46,332 bases of DNA from an uncultured Chroococcidiopsis sp. (GTDB lineage Bacteria; Cyanobacteriota; Cyanobacteriia; Cyanobacteriales; Chroococcidiopsidaceae), in assembly GCA_964248365.1 (NCBI GenBank), contig CAXTYC010000040.1, forward strand, positions 1 to 46,332. The letters are read 5' to 3'. Position 1 is the first letter of the stretch, and each line of letters starts with the position of its first letter. Shown one piece after another: positions 43,746-46,332 of the stretch. Both the position numbers and the translations under genes were made by a program. The notes under the pieces were generated by a model. That model ran no database searches and was not told the origin of the DNA. It saw nothing but the letters and a program-made list of their open reading frames with translations.

Positions 43746-44362
43746 GTCACCAACCACTCAAAAAGCCTGACTTATTTTTCAAAGGTAACCTCTTGTGCCG
43801 CTGTGTTTGGGTTATCTGTTGGTATTACGGGGTGGGAGGCGAAGGAACCTGAAATAAATAGTCAGCCCTATTTCGGTTATTTGTGTTGCCCCAAAGGAAG
43901 CTTGAAATAAAAATCCAGCTAGGTATTGGGGCGGAGTGTCAGCGGAGTCAGCAACCCCCGCTGAGCCTCCTTTATATTGCACTGGTACGAAGGATCTTTA
44001 AAGAGGGCTGGATTTTTATTTTTGCGCTAAATGTAAAACAGGTGATCTATGGGGTTTGAGGGCTGACTATTTATTTTTGCGCGTTCCTTCCAGATCTGTG
44101 TTTATGGCTCGTGAGGTTAGCGCAAAAATTACCCTTGGCTTATTTAAGGGATCTGTTGGTATTGATGAGTAGTTAGTGTTGTTTGAAGCCGAGGGTTTTT
44201 TTGTCGCTATATTCCAAGTCTTTACTTTTTAGAGGTTACAGCGGATACCCAGGGTTTGACGACATAAAAATAAGGCAAGCCTTGTATTAGGGTTATTTGT
44301 TGGCATTATGAGGGATCGATTTTGAAGGCTTGCCTTATTTTTACTGGTTACAGCGGATACCC
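43745..44362. repeat. array B of nested variable-stem hairpin modules
   Basis: IR pairs 43852-43869/44059-44076 (18 bp), 43905-43919/44007-44021 (15 bp), 44124-44141/44186-44202 (imperfect), 44265-44283/44325-44343 (19 bp); 17-bp direct repeat 44234-44250/44346-44362. Confidence 0.88.
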
Positions 44363-45184
44363 TGAATTTTCAGCCTCTTTTGTTTCAATCCGTAACAAAT
44401 TTCCTGTATTTGTTGTCACGATATAAGTCTTATTCCAAACTGCCACTCCAGATCCAATGCCCAAGCCACGAGCGCCCAGATCGATAATAGTGGAAACAGT
44501 ACCGTCTAGATTTACTTGCAACAGATTTCCAGTATTACTGGTAACAATCAACAAGTTATCTACTTCTACTACGTCAAAGGGAATACCTTTGCCTGCACTA
44601 ACTAAATTTACAATCGGTGTTACCTCACCATCCCAGCCCACTCGCAGCAAGTCACCGCTTGAGCAACCGACAATAAAGCCATTGTTGCTTGTAGTCACGG
44701 CAAAAGGTATGCCAAAACCAGCCATGTCTGCCAAAGTGGAGATGGAACCGTTACGCTCTAACCGAATCAGATGCCCTTGAGAACTGGCAACATCACTAGC
44801 AGTACCGACAACGATGAAATCATCACTAGCTGCCACGCCAAAAGGTCCGCCAAAGCTACCGCACACTTGCGACAACTGGGCAATGGTGAAGAAAAAACCA
44901 CTTTTAGTTATTCGCAACAAGCGATCGCCTGCCTCCAAAGCTGAAATAGTAACCAAAAAGCTGCCATTATTCTCGGCAATGCCGAACGGAACGCCGTAGC
45001 CAGACACATCTGCTAACGTCACCACCTCAAGGTTTTGCTTCACCCGCAGTAAACCACGATCTAAGGTTGGCACAATAATGTCACCATCGCTGAGTGCAAC
45101 CCCCTGGAAAGGAATAATTTGCAGACCTTGGGTGACGAGTGATACCAACGTTTTCCGACCAACCTCTTGTGAATTTATATCCAT
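44348..45184 (-). CDS. hypothetical beta-propeller-like repeat protein (Vgb/SMP-30-like)
   Basis: About six ~43-aa repeats G.PFG(V/I)A....(F/L)IV.....G.LLR(V/I)..DG.V.T(L/I)A. Confidence 0.75.
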   Translation of the reverse strand: MDINSQEVGRKTLVSLVTQGLQIIPFQGVALSDGDIIVPTLDRGLLRVKQNLEVVTLADVSGYGVPFGIAENNGSFLVTISALEAGDRLLRITKSGFFFTIAQLSQVCGSFGGPFGVAASDDFIVVGTASDVASSQGHLIRLERNGSISTLADMAGFGIPFAVTTSNNGFIVGCSSGDLLRVGWDGEVTPIVNLVSAGKGIPFDVVEVDNLLIVTSNTGNLLQVNLDGTVSTIIDLGARGLGIGSGVAVWNKTYIVTTNTGNLLRIETKEAENSGYPL

Positions 45185-45481
45185 TAAATAAATTTAGAGC
45201 AGCTAATAAGACTCGCTGACAAGTCACCACACGAGCGCTGTGAAAGCGCTCCCCATATTGTAGGACTAGTTAAGCATAAGCCACCAGAGTCTGATGAACA
45301 GTTTTACATTTAGCGCAAAAAATAAAAATTAAGCCCTATATTAGGGTTTATTGGTCAGAGCAAGCCGGAGTCGAAGGGAGAATCGCTCCTCCCCACTCTC
45401 CTTCAAAACCGTGCATGATACTTTCGCATCAGACGGCTCCTCTAGATTTGGTGTACTGTCAAACACACCTCATTCCCCAAA

Positions 45482-46236
45482 TTACGGGTTAAGGCTCGGC
45501 ACTATTTCAGCCGGATTATTGCCAGAATGCCTGTCAATTGCAGTCTTTTGGTCGTGGCAGTGTCGATGTAATGCCTGGAGATTGTTCCAAGTATCCTTAC
45601 CTGCTTTAGCTTTTGGTATGATGTGGTCAATCTCAATCAAGTCATCACTTTTGAAAAACAATTCACAGTGGGAACATCTTCCTTTTTGTGGCTGTTTCTG
45701 TTATCGTTGGAATCCCAAGGGGGCGTTTTTCCTCCGTTCCAGGTTTAGGTATCCAAACCCGTCTGGTTGGTTTTACCCTTTGAGATAGTCTCATTTTGTT
45801 AACTACTTTAAGTCTTTGGGCTGGTGTCAAGGATTTTACTCCATCAGTCCCCGCGGTTTTCTTGCCCTGGTTATCTTGTGAAACTCGACGGACAGCTAGA
45901 CATTTTGCTGCCCAAGACCTCATCAGTGTTTTCTGGAGCCTGTGAACTGCTTTGACATCCAACGAATCTGGCGACAAAAAATACGGGCGACCCTCCTCAT
46001 CCGAATACGTCACTACGCCCAAAAGATCTTTAAAACAGGGTCGCCCGTATTTTTCTAGCTTTGCCTCCCCACGACTTGAGGCGGATGTTTCTTCGTTTTT
46101 GCACCTTGTATACACGTTTTTCCAGTTTTTTCCAGGGTATATCCTTCCAATCGAGTTCGAATTCTACTCCGGCGTAAACTGGTATGTCGTTTTCCCATAC
46201 CATCCTGAAACTATGTTCGGCTTTAGTCTTATTCAT
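45482..46236 (-). pseudogene. ltrA: intron-encoded reverse transcriptase/maturase with frameshifts, 108-bp insertion and deleted RT core
   Basis: W..IPWKKLEKRVYK.QKR, AVRRVSQDNQGKKTAG.DG, RRVWIPKPG..EKRPLGIPTI, then in another frame QKGRCSHC..EIDHIIP....GKD...NLQALHRHCHD.KT (HNH); no YADD present. Confidence 0.9.
45961..46068. mobile_element. solo variable-stem hairpin module inserted in the RT gene
   Basis: 18-bp perfect IR 45977-45994/46037-46054 (AAAAATACGGGCGACCCT); 36 extra codons between ASSRG and DVKAV. Confidence 0.85.
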
Positions 46237-46332
46237 TGCTATATGACGACCTTACATTCCAAATCATCGTGAGTCCGTCAGCATATCCCTGTTATTACAT
46301 CAGGGCATTCGCTTCTGACTCAATCCCGCCCA

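Larger units (their letters stand above)
45362..46332 (-). mobile_element. group II intron, 3' part, continues beyond window; exact 3' boundary uncertain
   Basis: Minus strand domain V GAGCCGTCTGATGCGAAAGTATCATGCACGGTTT and domain VI GGGAGGAGCGATTCTCCCTTCGACTC downstream of an RT/HNH ORF. Confidence 0.9.

Noticed and set aside
43746..43910. C-terminal ~55 aa of the 141-aa ORF as real protein
   Set aside because: It is read-through into hairpin-module DNA after HlyD similarity ends.
44234..44362. Canonical integron attC site
   Set aside because: No RYYYAAC...GTTRRRY boxes at the hairpin ends and no intI in the window; only the structural logic is similar.
45482..46236. Retron or diversity-generating retroelement RT
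   Set aside because: RT0-type N-terminus, HNH domain and domain V/VI RNA identify a group II intron; no TR/VR pair was seen.
1342..46272. Numerous short ORFs antisense to or overlapping well-supported genes (e.g. 1342-1581, 11219-11563, 23261-23659, 36293-36646, 45351-45788)
   Set aside because: Shadow ORFs with no recognisable motifs.

Overview
Cyanobacterial chromosomal DNA: HIP1 GCGATCGC sites are frequent and heptamer STRR tracts and GTAG-type palindromes fill many intergenic gaps. The backbone is ordinary: partial tRNA-Arg(ACG), moaC, a PatA-like regulator, trmD, cphB-cphA, tatA, Ser/Thr kinase, GNAT, sigE, priA, peptide ABC ATPase, ssb, mannose-1-P guanylyltransferase/PMM, cobK, yciI, pheT, potABD and mrdA. 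Decayed mobile DNA includes an IS605-group element, an IS1-family element with an 8-bp TSD and an internally deleted group II intron. The most unusual signal is non-coding. A family of ~110-bp hairpin modules has a conserved frame (..CGACA-AAAAAT-[variable]-GCCYT...ARGGC-[complement]-ATTTTT), while the stem core differs in every copy yet stays self-complementary. These modules form nested arrays at ~6.2-7.2 kb and ~43.75-44.36 kb, begin where a hlyD gene is cut off, bracket a cargo-like gene, and one sits in frame inside the intron RT gene. No cognate recombinase is visible in the window. A second, unrelated ~150-bp motif occurs six times around two leucine-rich-repeat-variant pseudogenes (31.1-34.9 kb). 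All calls come from reading the sequence by eye; no database searches were run.
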